Below, piece by piece: positions 27,956-39,564 of a DNA stretch of 64,000 nucleotides (position 1 is its first letter; each line of letters opens with the position of its first letter). The stretch is taken from the NCBI GenBank assembly GCA_963931635.1, contig OZ007034.1:2277506-2341505 (forward strand), written 5' to 3'. A program made the position numbers and the translations under genes. The DNA is from an uncultured Bacteroides sp. (GTDB lineage Bacteria > Bacteroidota > Bacteroidia > Bacteroidales > UBA11471). The notes under the pieces were generated by a model, which made no database searches, had not been told where the DNA came from, and saw only the letters and a program-made list of their open reading frames with translations.

Positions 27956-29938
27956 TTATTCGGTAATGGTTTCTCTCTCTATTTCCAGCGACGGTTTGAA
28001 ACGCAGAAAATAGATGGTGTTGTTGAAGAAGCCGCTCCAATTGTTTATCCGCTGGAAATGATAGCCGGTCTGTATGCCCGGATAGCTCAGCGTTGATATT
28101 TCACGGTCGAAGCAGCGTCCGAACTGTTGCAGGGCTGTCATGAAGAAGAGCCCCGTGTCGTAGCCCAGCAGTACATGTTGCGGGTTGGCCGGCAGCATAT
28201 CTCGATGGAACCAGAATAGAAATTTGTCTTGAATTTCCATCGAGGCCGAGTCGGTGGGCAATGTGTAGAAACGGGAAAAGAAGGTGGTGTTGAGTTGGTG
28301 GAACTGATTGATATATTCTTTGATGTAAAGTTGCCATTCGGGATAACCGTATAGTGAAATGTTGAGATAGGGTTTCTCCTCTTTGAGTTTGCAGAGGGGG
28401 GCCAGCACTTTTCCTACTGAACTGCGGCTCGAAGCGTTGGAGAGGAACATGATGTCGGTGGCCTGGGGTACCATTTCACTGAACGTTTCCATGTAGGGAT
28501 CTTGTCCCAATGAGATTTCGACAAAGTCGCGCTCCTGTTGCAGGAGGCTGCGTTTGATGAGGTCGAGGTATCCGTTTTTGCCATTTTCCTTTCCGCTGTC
28601 GTCGATGACAAAGACGACATAACGGTTGCCAATCTCGCTCAATATTTTTTCTCGGCTTTGGGTATAGAGATTCTCGTGAGGAATGTTGCATTGGAATACT
28701 TTCTCGTTGCGTTCGGCTTCGGTGTTTTTTACGGCGAAGGGGTTGACCACGTTAATGTCGTGTTTCTTTGCAAATTGGGCTACCAGCGTAATATCTTCGT
28801 CTTCGACGGGACCTATAATGAGATCGAGTTTTTTGTCGGCCAGTTTTTGAAGTTGTGCAGTAAGATAGTTGTGGTCGCCCCGGGTATCGACGGCATAGAT
28901 GTTCATGGACATGCCGGTGCGTTTCATGCTGTCGGCGGCCAAGAGTACACCCTGGTAAAATTCGGTGTAGAGAGTCGAACGGGTGTCGAGTGGCCTGTCG
29001 GTCATGAATGGCAGGATAAGGGCAATGTTATAAGGTTCGCCCGCTTGTTTTTCAATCCGTTTGAGCGACGGAGGTGGGGTCTGTCCGGTTTTTTCTTCGG
29101 CTTGTTTTCGAGGTATGGCTATGGTATTTCCTCTTTGTACCTTGTCTTTCCCGTCGTTGACGGCGAGAATTTCGTCAACTGTTACGCCGTGATCTTCGGC
29201 AATACTTTCAATAGTTTCTTTGCGGCTTTTTACCTTGTAATAGAAAATTTCGGGTTTGGGCTCTTCCCGTGTCAACTCCTTGTTGTCCGAGGCGATGCGT
29301 ATGACGTCGCCGACATGCAGGGTCTGCGGAGTGATGCCGGGATTCTCTTTCAATATGTGATTGACCGTTGTGCGGTACCGCTTGGACAGGGAGTAGAGTG
29401 TCTCGCCTTGGGCCACGGTATGGTACACATAGGCATCTTGCGACTGTATAGGGTTGCCTACAATGGCGTTCTGGGGTATTTTCAGCGTATCGCCCACCTT
29501 TATCACCTCTTCGGCTCCGGGGTTGAGTGCGGTGATGCGGTTTATTGATATACCGTACATGCGGGAGAGAGAGTAGAGGGTTTCTCCGCTGGCCACCACA
29601 TGATTGAACGTTTCTTGGGCATTGGCTATTTGAGCCGTATTGTAGCGAACGGGGATAATCAGCAGGTGCCCTTCGGTAAGGGGGCCTTGCTTTATCTCGG
29701 GATTGTATTGGATGATAATGTCGGGGGTAACGTCGAATTTGAGACCGATGCTATCGAGAACATCGTTTTCTTCAATGCGATAGAAGTAATACTCTTTTCC
29801 CTCGATGGTTTTTCGCGAGAAGGTAGTCTGAGGTTTTTTGTCCTTGTTGGTAGAGGTTTGGCCGGCAGCCGATCCGAATGACAGAACGAGCGAGACGGCC
29901 AATAAAAATATAGTTTTTCTGTTGAGTGGTGCCATCAT
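27956..29938 (-). CDS. multi-LysM peptidoglycan-binding protein with C-terminal periplasmic-binding-protein-like domain
   Basis: About four LysM repeats (HVVASGETLYSLS, HTVAQGETLYSLS), then NIALILPF, DLIIGP. Confidence 0.85.
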   Translation of the reverse strand: MMAPLNRKTIFLLAVSLVLSFGSAAGQTSTNKDKKPQTTFSRKTIEGKEYYFYRIEENDVLDSIGLKFDVTPDIIIQYNPEIKQGPLTEGHLLIIPVRYNTAQIANAQETFNHVVASGETLYSLSRMYGISINRITALNPGAEEVIKVGDTLKIPQNAIVGNPIQSQDAYVYHTVAQGETLYSLSKRYRTTVNHILKENPGITPQTLHVGDVIRIASDNKELTREEPKPEIFYYKVKSRKETIESIAEDHGVTVDEILAVNDGKDKVQRGNTIAIPRKQAEEKTGQTPPPSLKRIEKQAGEPYNIALILPFMTDRPLDTRSTLYTEFYQGVLLAADSMKRTGMSMNIYAVDTRGDHNYLTAQLQKLADKKLDLIIGPVEDEDITLVAQFAKKHDINVVNPFAVKNTEAERNEKVFQCNIPHENLYTQSREKILSEIGNRYVVFVIDDSGKENGKNGYLDLIKRSLLQQERDFVEISLGQDPYMETFSEMVPQATDIMFLSNASSRSSVGKVLAPLCKLKEEKPYLNISLYGYPEWQLYIKEYINQFHQLNTTFFSRFYTLPTDSASMEIQDKFLFWFHRDMLPANPQHVLLGYDTGLFFMTALQQFGRCFDREISTLSYPGIQTGYHFQRINNWSGFFNNTIYFLRFKPSLEIERETITE

Positions 29939-29967
29939 GTTGTTTGTGTGTGTATAACCTGACGAGA

Positions 29968-29975
29968 CAAAGGTA
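29968..29975 (-). promoter_or_regulatory. -7 promoter box for LysM-porin unit
   Basis: TACCTTTG on minus strand. Confidence 0.55.
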
Positions 29976-30109
29976 GTAAAAAATCGTTTCGGGGCCTATG
30001 CCGATATGTAATTTTAAGAGAGTTTGCAAAATTGCCGCAGGCTTTTGTGACATTCTTTCCAGAATGGCTCTTTTTGCTTTTTTTATTTCTTCTATACGGC
30101 GAAATGCGT

Positions 30110-30117
30110 TACCTTTG
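30110..30117 (+). promoter_or_regulatory. -7 promoter box for CTD protein-uvrA unit
   Basis: TACCTTTG. Confidence 0.6.
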
Positions 30118-30134
30118 ACCGAAAGTTACAAGCA

Positions 30135-31400
30135 ATGAAAAATTTTCTCCTTGGATTGGGGCTACTCCTTTCTCTTCCCACATTTGCCCAGGTGAGTGTC
30201 GATGGCGGCTGTTATCGCCGTGTCGATACCTCTACCGGATTGTCGGCGGTTTATGTGGTGAAAGAGGCCGGCTCTGTATCGATGCGATATGCTTCGTCGT
30301 CGACCGATGCAATATACTGGTTCCGGTTCGATGCCTCGGGGTTGTCGTCGCGTACCGAAATGCTGGGCACGCAGAACGGAAATCTTTCGTCGCTGGTATC
30401 GCCGTATGCCGATTGTGGATACATGGTGAAACAGGGTAGCGATTCGCTCTGTTTCTGGGTGGCGTCGTATCGGCCCGTGCTTTCGTGCGGCGTAGCCGAG
30501 ATGCAGGAAAACGTGTGCGAGAGCGTGCTGTTGACGGGTGAGGGATTGGCTATACCCTACTATACAACCTTGGGGCAGCGGGAAAATCTCTCCCGATGGG
30601 TTTCGTACACGACATCGGTGTGGGACGCCGCAGCTCTTGCCATAATCGACCAGGTGCCTGTTACGGCCGAGGCCGAAGTGTTGAACGATACCGAAATGGA
30701 AATACCCGTTCCCTATGGATATACTGCTTTTACAGTTGTCGATTCTATTCCGTTGGCATGGGGCGGCAGTGTGCGGCAGACGACGTCGGAGGAGTACGAG
30801 TCTCCGGCCATCTTGATGCATGCCATAGCGGAACAGACGCTAAGGGGCGCTCTCAACGAATCGACCGACCAGCCTTCCGACGGCTTTGGCGGTTCGGCTC
30901 CGGTGGAGATGACCTTTACGGCTTATGTCAGCGGTGACAATTATTATGCGTGGGAATTCTCTTCCAGTTCCGATTTTTCGGTGGTCGACGCTCTCTATCC
31001 CGAACAGCGGCTGGCATACAGCTTCAAAAACGAAGGCACCACCTATGTGCGTTTGCATGCCTACAACGATTACTGCGAGCGCGATACCGTGTTCCAAATA
31101 TCGGTGGGCGAGTCAAAACTTGAAGCGCCCAATGTATTCTCACCCTATGGGAGTCCCGGTGTAAACGATGAATGGAAAGTCGCCTATAAGTCGATTGTCG
31201 AGTTCAAGTGTTGGATATTCAACCGGTGGGGAGAGCAGTTGTTTCATTATCAAGACCCTTCGGGCGGTTGGGACGGCCGTTATCACGGCAAACTGGTACC
31301 TCCCGGGGTTTATTATTATGTCATTGAAGCGCGTGGAGCCGATGGTCAGAAATACAAACTCAAAGGCCACATCAATATCTTGCGCTCAAAAAATCAATAG
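30135..31400 (+). CDS. secreted protein with PKD-like domain and gliding-motility/T9SS type B C-terminal domain
   Basis: Signal peptide; [33 protein letters not shown]. Confidence 0.85.
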   Translation: MKNFLLGLGLLLSLPTFAQVSVDGGCYRRVDTSTGLSAVYVVKEAGSVSMRYASSSTDAIYWFRFDASGLSSRTEMLGTQNGNLSSLVSPYADCGYMVKQGSDSLCFWVASYRPVLSCGVAEMQENVCESVLLTGEGLAIPYYTTLGQRENLSRWVSYTTSVWDAAALAIIDQVPVTAEAEVLNDTEMEIPVPYGYTAFTVVDSIPLAWGGSVRQTTSEEYESPAILMHAIAEQTLRGALNESTDQPSDGFGGSAPVEMTFTAYVSGDNYYAWEFSSSSDFSVVDALYPEQRLAYSFKNEGTTYVRLHAYNDYCERDTVFQISVGESKLEAPNVFSPYGSPGVNDEWKVAYKSIVEFKCWIFNRWGEQLFHYQDPSGGWDGRYHGKLVPPGVYYYVIEARGADGQKYKLKGHINILRSKNQ

Positions 31401-31412
31401 CCTTTATCATAT

Positions 31413-34241
31413 ATGGCTGATAACGAAGAAAAAATAGAAATTTGGGGGGCGCGGGTGCATAACCTCAAAAACATCGACGTAACCATACCTCGTAATGCTT
31501 TTACCGTTATTACCGGATTGAGTGGAAGCGGTAAATCGTCTTTGGCTTTTGATACGATATATGCCGAGGCGCAACGCCGTTATATAGAAACTTTCTCGTC
31601 GTATGCACGAAATTTCCTAGGCAATATGGAACGTCCCGATGTCGACAAGATTACGGGGTTGAGTCCGGTTATTTCGATTGAGCAGAAAACCGTCAATAAA
31701 AATCCCCGTTCGACGGTTGGCACAACGACCGAGATATACGATTTTCTCCGGCTGCTGTTTGCCCGAGCCGGCGAAGCCTATTCCTATCTGTCGGGCGAGA
31801 AGATGGTCAAGTATACCGAAGAGCAGATACTCCAACTCATCAGCGAGAGATATATGGGGCGGAAGACCTATATACTGGCTCCGCTGGTAAGAAACCGTAA
31901 AGGTCATTACAAGGAGCTCTTTGAACAACTTCGCCGCAAGGGATATTTATCGGTGCGGGTCGATGGCGAGATACGCGAAATATTACCCGGCATGAAACTC
32001 GACCGGTATAAAAACCACAGTGTGGAGTTGCTCATCGACAAGCTGGTGGTTACGCCCAACGACGAACGTCGGCTCAAAGACAGTGTGAGGGTGGCCATGA
32101 AGCAGGGTGATGGACTGCTGATGATTCTCGATGTCGATAAAAACGAATTGCGGCATTTCAGCCGTACGCTGATGGACCCCGCCACCGGGTTGTCTTACAG
32201 TGAGCCGGCTCCCCATAACTTTTCGTTCAACTCCCCTCAGGGAGCCTGTCCCTGTTGCAAGGGGTTGGGCTATGTCAATATTATCGACAAGGAAAAAATC
32301 ATACCCGACACCTCGCTTTCGATTTACCAGGGCGGAATCCTTCCGCTCGGGAAATATAGAAACGTTCTGCTCTTCTGGCAGATAGAGGCTATATGCGAAA
32401 AGTATGGAGCTTCGTTGAAAACGCCCATCAAGGAGTTGCCCGACGAGGCTCTCAACGACATACTCAACGGTACCGATGAGCGGCTCAACGTGAAGAATCT
32501 TTCACTGGGTAATTCCAACTATTTCCTGACCTTCGACGGCCTGGTCAAGTATATCGAGATGCAGCAGCAGTCCGATGCCACGGCCAAGGCACAGAAGTGG
32601 GCCGGACAGTTTGTTACGACGGTTTCCTGTCCCGAGTGTGGCGGAGCCCGTCTCAACAAAGAGGCACTGCATTACCGCATCGATGGCAAGAACATTGCCG
32701 AGTTGTCGAATATGGACATTGCCGAGTTGTATGGCTGGCTCGATCATATCGAAGAGCGGCTCTCGGAGAAACAGGCGGCCATTGTTCGTGAGATACTTAA
32801 AGAGATACGTTCCCGGTTGCAGTTCCTGATCGATGTCGGGCTCGAATATCTGAGCCTTTCAAGAGCTTCGGCCACACTGTCGGGCGGTGAGAGTCAGCGC
32901 ATACGGCTGGCCACGCAGATAGGGTCGCAGCTGGTCAATGTGCTGTATATCCTCGACGAACCCAGCATCGGGTTGCATCAGCGCGACAACATTCGGCTCA
33001 TACACTCCCTCAAACGGCTCCGCGACTTGGGAAACTCGGTTGTCGTTGTAGAGCATGACAAGGACATGATGCTCGAAGCCGACTATATTGTCGACCTCGG
33101 ACCTCGGGCGGGACGTCTCGGCGGCGAGGTTGTCTTTGCCGGAACGCCCCGGGAAATGTTATCGCGAGATACACTGACGGCGGCCTATCTCAATGGAAAA
33201 ATGTCGATACCCGTACCGTCGGTTCGACGTCCGGGTAACGGACATTCCATAATTTTGAAGGGGGCACGCGGCAACAATCTGAAAAATCTGACGGTCGAGT
33301 TCCCGCTCGGAAAATTCATTTGCGTTACCGGCGTGTCGGGTAGTGGTAAGTCGTCGCTGATAAACGGTACGTTGCAGCCGATTATCAGTCAGAAGTTTTA
33401 TCGTTCGCTGGCCGAGCCGTTGCCCTATGATTCAATAGAGGGGCTTGAAAACATCGATAAGATTGTCAATGTCGACCAGTCTCCGCTGGGCCGTACGCCC
33501 CGTTCCAACCCGGCCACCTATTCGGGCCTGTTTGCCGACATACGCAACCTCTTTGTTGAACTTCCCGAAGCCAAGATACGAGGCTATAAAGCCGGCCGGT
33601 TCTCTTTCAATGTGGCCGGCGGCCGTTGCGAAGTGTGCGGCGGTAACGGTTACAAGACCATAGAGATGAATTTCCTGCCCGATGTGCTTGTGCCGTGCGA
33701 AGCCTGCCAGGGAAAACGGTACAACCGTGAGACCCTTGATGTGCGCTTCAAAGGTAAGTCGATAGCCGATGTGCTTGACATGACCATCAATCAGGCCGTA
33801 GAATTTTTTGCCGGCATACCGGCTATACTCTCCAAGGTGAAGACCCTGCAAGACGTAGGTCTCGGCTATGTAAAGCTGGGCCAACCCTCGACGACCCTTT
33901 CCGGTGGAGAGAGCCAGCGGGTGAAACTGGCCACCGAGTTGTCGAAAAAAGATACCGGGAAAACACTGTATGTCCTTGACGAGCCTACCACCGGTCTGCA
34001 TTTTGAAGACATACGGGTGTTGCTGGGTGTACTCAATCGTCTGGTCGACAAGGGAAATACGGTACTGGTTATCGAGCACAACCTCGACATCATAAAGGCT
34101 GCCGATTACCTTATCGACATGGGCCCCGAAGGCGGCCGCAAAGGCGGAACTGTATTACTCACCGGTACTCCCGAAGAGGTTGCCTCGCACCCCGAAGTAG
34201 GGTATACCGCCCGTTTCCTGAAAGCCGAGCTGGGTGTGTGA
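31413..34241 (+). CDS. uvrA: excinuclease ABC subunit A
   Basis: Two Walker A motifs ([16 protein letters not shown]), zinc fingers, LSGGESQR twice. Confidence 0.97.
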   Translation: MADNEEKIEIWGARVHNLKNIDVTIPRNAFTVITGLSGSGKSSLAFDTIYAEAQRRYIETFSSYARNFLGNMERPDVDKITGLSPVISIEQKTVNKNPRSTVGTTTEIYDFLRLLFARAGEAYSYLSGEKMVKYTEEQILQLISERYMGRKTYILAPLVRNRKGHYKELFEQLRRKGYLSVRVDGEIREILPGMKLDRYKNHSVELLIDKLVVTPNDERRLKDSVRVAMKQGDGLLMILDVDKNELRHFSRTLMDPATGLSYSEPAPHNFSFNSPQGACPCCKGLGYVNIIDKEKIIPDTSLSIYQGGILPLGKYRNVLLFWQIEAICEKYGASLKTPIKELPDEALNDILNGTDERLNVKNLSLGNSNYFLTFDGLVKYIEMQQQSDATAKAQKWAGQFVTTVSCPECGGARLNKEALHYRIDGKNIAELSNMDIAELYGWLDHIEERLSEKQAAIVREILKEIRSRLQFLIDVGLEYLSLSRASATLSGGESQRIRLATQIGSQLVNVLYILDEPSIGLHQRDNIRLIHSLKRLRDLGNSVVVVEHDKDMMLEADYIVDLGPRAGRLGGEVVFAGTPREMLSRDTLTAAYLNGKMSIPVPSVRRPGNGHSIILKGARGNNLKNLTVEFPLGKFICVTGVSGSGKSSLINGTLQPIISQKFYRSLAEPLPYDSIEGLENIDKIVNVDQSPLGRTPRSNPATYSGLFADIRNLFVELPEAKIRGYKAGRFSFNVAGGRCEVCGGNGYKTIEMNFLPDVLVPCEACQGKRYNRETLDVRFKGKSIADVLDMTINQAVEFFAGIPAILSKVKTLQDVGLGYVKLGQPSTTLSGGESQRVKLATELSKKDTGKTLYVLDEPTTGLHFEDIRVLLGVLNRLVDKGNTVLVIEHNLDIIKAADYLIDMGPEGGRKGGTVLLTGTPEEVASHPEVGYTARFLKAELGV

Positions 34242-34408
34242 TACAATCTACGCTACGCAGACGTTGGGTCGCCATTGAATAGGAGGACTGTCGGGCGTTG
34301 CTATAAAAAGTGGCCAAGTCTCGGCTTGATGAAGGTCTCCCTTGTTTTATTTATTAAATTTGAGAAAAGAGAAGAATTAAACTATAAAATTCAATTATCA
34401 TAACTGTA

Positions 34409-34450
34409 TATAAATTAGGGGATTTATTTGATTAAATCCCCTAATTTATA
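34409..34450. terminator. 18-bp inverted repeat between convergent uvrA and Crp/Fnr gene
   Basis: TATAAATTAGGGGATTTA..TAAATCCCCTAATTTATA. Confidence 0.7.
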
Positions 34451-34456
34451 GATTGA

Positions 34457-35158
34457 TTATCCGAATCGGCTGATTTTTCGCAGACGCGGCTCGTCAATAA
34501 TCTGGATTTTTCGGCCATCGACGACGATAATCTTTTCTTCGGCAAAGCAGGAGAGGGTGCGTATGGCATTCGAGGTGGTCATGTTCGATAGGTTGGCCAA
34601 GTCTTCCCGTCCCATATATATACTGAGGGTGATACCGTCTTCTTCCATGCCATAGTTGTCTTTAAGCATGAGCAGCGACTCGGCAAGACGGCCGCGAATG
34701 TGTTTCTGGGTGAGGTTGACCGTGCGTGTGTCGGACATTCCCAAGTCCATGGCCAACTCCTTGATGAAAAAGTAGGCGAGACGGTTGTTCTGTTTCACAA
34801 GACTCTCAATGAGCGGCATGGGCAGAAATCCTATGGTGGCGTTTTCGAAGGCCGAGGCTGCCGTAATATAATCTTCGCCGGCGAAGTAGGCACGGTATCC
34901 AAAGTATTGAATAGGGCGTATCAGTCGCATGATTTGGCATCGCCCACCTATTCCAGCCTTGAAAATTTTTACCTTTCCTTTGATGAGACACATCAACAAC
35001 TCGGCCTTCTCGCCTTCGTTGTATATCATCTCGTTTTTCTTGAAAGTTTGAATATGAAAGTTCTCTATAATAAGGCGTTTCTCTTCGTCGTTGAGAATGG
35101 AGAGCATTCCGGCGAGAGCTTCACTTATGAGGGCCTCTATTGAGTTTTTCTTCACCAT
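34457..35158 (-). CDS. Crp/Fnr family transcriptional regulator
   Basis: cNMP-binding barrel (GKVKI..) and HTH REDLANLSNMTTSNAIRTLS. Confidence 0.92.
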   Translation of the reverse strand: MVKKNSIEALISEALAGMLSILNDEEKRLIIENFHIQTFKKNEMIYNEGEKAELLMCLIKGKVKIFKAGIGGRCQIMRLIRPIQYFGYRAYFAGEDYITAASAFENATIGFLPMPLIESLVKQNNRLAYFFIKELAMDLGMSDTRTVNLTQKHIRGRLAESLLMLKDNYGMEEDGITLSIYMGREDLANLSNMTTSNAIRTLSCFAEEKIIVVDGRKIQIIDEPRLRKISRFG

Positions 35159-35186
35159 AGATGTTATATAACAGTGTTATATGTTA

Positions 35187-35194
35187 CAAATATA
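35187..35194 (-). promoter_or_regulatory. -7 promoter box for Crp/Fnr gene
   Basis: TATATTTG on minus strand. Confidence 0.55.
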
Positions 35195-35287
35195 ATGAAA
35201 ATTGTGGAAATGACAAAAGATTTATTTTGAAAATCATTGTTTGGTTACCACATGCAAATTCTTGGGTGAAGTCGAGACAGAAAAGAC

Positions 35288-35326
35288 GTCGGGCAGCAAG
35301 TCGTATAATTTTACTTGCTGCCCGAC
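35288..35326 (-). terminator. stem-loop after trxB
   Basis: GTCGGGCAGCAAGT..ACTTGCTGCCCGAC, 14-bp stem. Confidence 0.7.
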
Positions 35327-35349
35327 AATGACAGAGGTGGCTGCTTCTA

Positions 35350-36294
35350 TTACAAGCCTTTTTCCAGCAGGTATTTTTCGGCATCAATAGCGGCGCGACA
35401 GCCCGAAGCGGCAGCTGTCACAGCCTGGCGGTAGAGCGGGTCGGCCACGTCGCCGGCAGCAAATACGCCGGGAATGTTGGTGGCTGTTGTGCGGCCGTTG
35501 GTTACGATATACCCCGCTTCGTCGGTGGTGATGGCCGGAAAAGCCTTGGTGTTGGGAGTGTGTCCGATGGCCAGGAAGAAACCATCGATGGCGATATCGA
35601 CATACTCTTCCCGGTCGGTTCCCTTGTATTTTACCAAGTGGGCTCCTTCTACGCCGTTTTCACCGAAGAGACCAACGGTCTGTGTCTCGAAAAGAACTTC
35701 TATGTTGGGGCTGTCCATGACTCTTTCCTGCATGATTTTCGAAGCTCGCAGGTAATTCTTGCGCACAATCATGTACACTTTGCTGGCCAGATGTGACAGG
35801 TACACGGCTTCTTCGCAGGCTGTGTCGCCACCACCGACGACGGCGACGACTTTTTTTCGGTAGAAAAATCCGTCGCAGGTGGCACAAGCCGATACCCCCT
35901 GTCCGGCGTATTTTGTCTCATCGGGAAGTCCCAGGTATTTGGCCGATGCTCCCGTGGCGATAATGACGGCATCGGCTTCTACGATTTTTTCGCCATCGAT
36001 GGTGAGACGATAGGGAGCTTGCGCAAAGTCGCTGGCCGTAACGATACCGGTGCGGATTTCGGTGCCGAAACGGGCAGCCTGCTGACGCAGTTGTTCCATC
36101 ATTTCACTACCGGATATTCCCTCGGGGTACCCGGGGAAATTTTCGATGTCGGTTGTGGTCGTAAGCTGTCCACCGGGTTGTATGCCTTCGTACAGTACGG
36201 GGCTGAGGTTGGCGCGTGCGGCATATATGGCTGCGGTGTAGCCGGCAGGACCCGACCCGATAATCAGACAACGTATTCTTTCGTTACTTTCCAT
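35350..36294 (-). CDS. trxB: thioredoxin-disulfide reductase
   Basis: GSGPAGY, CATCDG, GGGDTA, FAAGDV. Confidence 0.97.
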   Translation of the reverse strand: MESNERIRCLIIGSGPAGYTAAIYAARANLSPVLYEGIQPGGQLTTTTDIENFPGYPEGISGSEMMEQLRQQAARFGTEIRTGIVTASDFAQAPYRLTIDGEKIVEADAVIIATGASAKYLGLPDETKYAGQGVSACATCDGFFYRKKVVAVVGGGDTACEEAVYLSHLASKVYMIVRKNYLRASKIMQERVMDSPNIEVLFETQTVGLFGENGVEGAHLVKYKGTDREEYVDIAIDGFFLAIGHTPNTKAFPAITTDEAGYIVTNGRTTATNIPGVFAAGDVADPLYRQAVTAAASGCRAAIDAEKYLLEKGL

Positions 36295-36324
36295 AGGTGT
36301 ATTCTTTTGGGTGAATATGAATGT

Positions 36325-36939
36325 TTATCTCAAATCGATGATGGTGGCTTGGGGAAATTGTTCTTCCTTGAAAACAAAGTGTTCCGGACGAAAGTTCTTG
36401 TTGCTCTCGTAGCGGGTTATGGCTATTTCGGCACTTTGTCCGCCGTTTTGCAAGAGCGTAAGACGCGACAGGGTACTACTCTTTTCGTCGATGAAAAGGC
36501 GTATCTCCGAGATTTCCGATTCTTGTCGGGGGGTGAGCAACAATTCGCATATATGGTTGCTTTCACCGATGAAACGGCAGTCGAAGTCGTCCTTGTAGCG
36601 GGTCAGCAGGAGGCAAGGGTTGGTCTGTGCCAACTCTTCGGGGGTGGGGGTGCTGATGTTTACCTCCTGGGTCGATTGCAGGTAGGTCCACTGGGTGGTG
36701 CCGTCGAACCATGTCGACATCTCGGGCAGAACGATGGTAAATCGTCCCCCCTGTACTTCGATTTTGCCTTCGGCTTCGGGGGCTCCGCTCTGTCGGATAA
36801 TAAAACTCAGCGTTGTGCCCTTTTGTGAATCGATGCGATTCACCATCTTGTCGAGCAGGCGAGTGGCTCTGTTCTGGGCTTGAACGGCAAACGGCAGGAC
36901 CATGCAGAGAAGGAGTGTGAGCAGGCAGGCACGTTTCAT
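36325..36939 (-). CDS. LolA-like outer-membrane lipoprotein carrier
   Basis: Signal peptide, WFDGTTQWTY..EVNI, position after ftsK; start trimmed to ATG 36939. Confidence 0.8.
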   Translation of the reverse strand: MKRACLLTLLLCMVLPFAVQAQNRATRLLDKMVNRIDSQKGTTLSFIIRQSGAPEAEGKIEVQGGRFTIVLPEMSTWFDGTTQWTYLQSTQEVNISTPTPEELAQTNPCLLLTRYKDDFDCRFIGESNHICELLLTPRQESEISEIRLFIDEKSSTLSRLTLLQNGGQSAEIAITRYESNKNFRPEHFVFKEEQFPQATIIDLR

Positions 36940-36946
36940 AACGGGT

Positions 36947-39475
36947 TTATCGGAGAGCATTTAATATCTGGTTGAGTTGTATTTCATCGACGACGAGTAC
37001 CTGGCGGGCCTTACTGCCTTCAAACGGACCTACGATACCGGCAGCTTCAAGCTGGTCCATCAGGCGTCCGGCCCGGTTGTAACCGATGGAGAATTTCCGT
37101 TGAATGAGCGATGTAGAGCCTTGTTGGTTGGCAACAATCAGCCGGGCGGCCTCTTCAAAGAATGGGTCACGTTCTTTGAGGTCTACGGCTGCGTTGTTCC
37201 CTCCGTTGGAGTCGGTAACATATTCGGGCAACAGGTAGGCGGTGGGATAGGCCTGTTGCGAACTGATATATTGGCATATCTTTTCTACTTCGGGTGTGTC
37301 GACAAAGGCACACTGCACGCGAGTGAGACCACCGTTGCACGAGACCAGCATATCGCCTTTTCCTATCAACTGGTTGGCTCCCGGGGTATCGAGAATGGTG
37401 CGGGAGTCTATCATAGATGCCACCTTGAAGGCGATGCGGGCGGGGAAGTTGGCTTTGATGCTTCCGGTGATGATGTTGGTCGAAGGGCGTTGTGTGGCAA
37501 TAATCATGTGTATGCCCACGGCTCGGGCCAGTTGGGCAATGCGGGCAATAGGCAGTTCGACCTCTTTGCCGGCAGTCATAATCAGGTCGCCAAACTCGTC
37601 GATGATGACGACAATATAGGGCATATAGCGATGCCCTTTTTCGGGATTGAGCTGTCGGGCGATGAATTTGGCGTTATACTCTTTGATATTGCGCATTCGA
37701 GCCTCTTGCAGCAGTTTGTAACGGTTATCCATCTCTACGCATACCGAGTTGAGGGTCTGTACTACTTTGTTGGTATCGGTAATGATGGCTTCTTCGCTAT
37801 CGGGTATCTTGGCTAGGAAATGTCGCTCGATGACGCTGTAAATGCTGAACTCAACTTTCTTGGGGTCGACCATCACAAATTTCAGTTGTGAGGGGTGTTT
37901 CTTGTAGAGAAGCGATGTAATGATGGCATTCAGACCGACCGACTTTCCTTGTCCGGTAGCACCGGCCACCAGTATATGCGGCATTTTGCAGAGGTCGACC
38001 ATGAATATTTCGTTGGTGATGGTTTTGCCCAGAGCCAGCGGTAAATCATAGTCGCATTCTTGAAATTTGCGGGAAGCGATGATGGGGCGCATCGGTACCA
38101 TCTGCGGGTTGCGGTTAGGAACCTCTATACCTACGGTTCCTTTGCCGGGAATCGGGGCAATGATGCGAATGCCGAGGGCGGCGAGGCTCAGGGCGATGTC
38201 GTCTTCCAAGTTCTTGATTTTGGAAATCTTGATACCGGCTTCAGGCACAATTTCATACAGAGTAACCGTGGGGCCGACAGTGGCTTTTATCGAACTGATG
38301 CGTAGGCCATAGTTTTCGAGTGTATTGATGATGCGCTGTTTGTTGGCCTCTTGCTCGTTGATGTCGATGGTGTTTGTGCTTGATTTGTCTTCGCGCAACA
38401 AGTCGAATGTGGGGGCTTTATAGTACGACAGGTCAAGTGTGGGGTCGTATTCGTCGAGCTCGCTTTGTTCCTGCGCTTCGACCTCTTCGACGCCTTGCTC
38501 GATGGTGAAGACGGGTTCCTGGGTGTCGGGCTCGGTAGCGTCGTTTTGTGGTTCTACGGGTATGGCACTATCTTCTGTTTCTGAATGTTCCTGATTGGAA
38601 ATCTCTTCACTATTGTTTATGTCGATAGAATTATCGGCCAATTCATCGGCATTTTCTTCCGTTTCGGAGGGATTTTCTCTTTCCGGTGCCGACTCAACGG
38701 GCGTTGTCTCGACATTGGCTACTACCACTTCTTCGGGAACAGAGATTGCCATTTCGGTGTGCAGCGGGTTGTCGTTTTCGGTGGTAGATACCGGTGCGGC
38801 AGGAGCGACGGTTCTTTTTTTACGGATAAAATCCATACGGAAGAAGGTGCGCAGAAGTGGTATCGTGCGCCTGCTGAATGCAATGAGCAGCAACAGTATG
38901 CCCGAGAGGATAAGGAGCAGAGTGCCCGGCCACCCTATTTTGGCTTCGAGCCATAGCGTAGCGTAATAGCCGTGATACCCCCCCAGGAAAAGGTAAGAAT
39001 CTTCGTAGAGATGCCTGAAAAAGAATCCAAACGTGAGAGAGCAAATAATAATCAGAGCGCACGTGTAGGCCAGTGAACGGACAATCGACAGTTTGATGAC
39101 GTTCATCAGTTTAAGTCCTACTCGGCCTATGAATATGGCGATGAAAAAGGCCGATATGCCTACCCATCTGTTGATGAAGAAGTCGGCGCATATGGCACCT
39201 TGTGAGCCTCCCCAATTCTGTATGTCGTTGCCGATGCTGTTCATCTCTTGGGAGGTCTGGTAGTCGATGACACTCTGGTCGGCGGCTCCGTCGAAAAAGA
39301 AGGAGATGAACGAGATGGTCAGGAATATGGCGAAGAAGAGCAATATAAGCCCTGCCACGAAGCGGGTGCGTTCGTCGCGGGAGAGCCGTGCAATTTTATG
39401 GCGTAGCGGCTCCTTATTCGGTTGGTTGGGAATATCTTTCTTGGATGTATTTTTTTCCGTTTTTTTTGTAGCCAT
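36947..39475 (-). CDS. ftsK: DNA translocase FtsK
   Basis: N-terminal TMs, acidic linker, GATGQGKS, IDEFGDL, ATQRPS, gamma domain GYNRAGR. Confidence 0.96.
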   Translation of the reverse strand: MATKKTEKNTSKKDIPNQPNKEPLRHKIARLSRDERTRFVAGLILLFFAIFLTISFISFFFDGAADQSVIDYQTSQEMNSIGNDIQNWGGSQGAICADFFINRWVGISAFFIAIFIGRVGLKLMNVIKLSIVRSLAYTCALIIICSLTFGFFFRHLYEDSYLFLGGYHGYYATLWLEAKIGWPGTLLLILSGILLLLIAFSRRTIPLLRTFFRMDFIRKKRTVAPAAPVSTTENDNPLHTEMAISVPEEVVVANVETTPVESAPERENPSETEENADELADNSIDINNSEEISNQEHSETEDSAIPVEPQNDATEPDTQEPVFTIEQGVEEVEAQEQSELDEYDPTLDLSYYKAPTFDLLREDKSSTNTIDINEQEANKQRIINTLENYGLRISSIKATVGPTVTLYEIVPEAGIKISKIKNLEDDIALSLAALGIRIIAPIPGKGTVGIEVPNRNPQMVPMRPIIASRKFQECDYDLPLALGKTITNEIFMVDLCKMPHILVAGATGQGKSVGLNAIITSLLYKKHPSQLKFVMVDPKKVEFSIYSVIERHFLAKIPDSEEAIITDTNKVVQTLNSVCVEMDNRYKLLQEARMRNIKEYNAKFIARQLNPEKGHRYMPYIVVIIDEFGDLIMTAGKEVELPIARIAQLARAVGIHMIIATQRPSTNIITGSIKANFPARIAFKVASMIDSRTILDTPGANQLIGKGDMLVSCNGGLTRVQCAFVDTPEVEKICQYISSQQAYPTAYLLPEYVTDSNGGNNAAVDLKERDPFFEEAARLIVANQQGSTSLIQRKFSIGYNRAGRLMDQLEAAGIVGPFEGSKARQVLVVDEIQLNQILNALR

Positions 39476-39500
39476 GTTTCAGCAGATTAAATCTTACCCA

Positions 39501-39508
39501 CAAAAGTA
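39501..39508 (-). promoter_or_regulatory. -7 promoter box for ftsK-lolA-trxB
   Basis: TACTTTTG on minus strand. Confidence 0.6.
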
Positions 39509-39564
39509 ATAAATTCTGAGGCAAAGGACGCGGTTTTATCGAAGAATATTTGACGGGCAATTTT

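Noticed and set aside
34242-34408. Possible small RNA in the uvrA - Crp/Fnr gap
   Set aside because: No promoter box, stable structure or known motif seen
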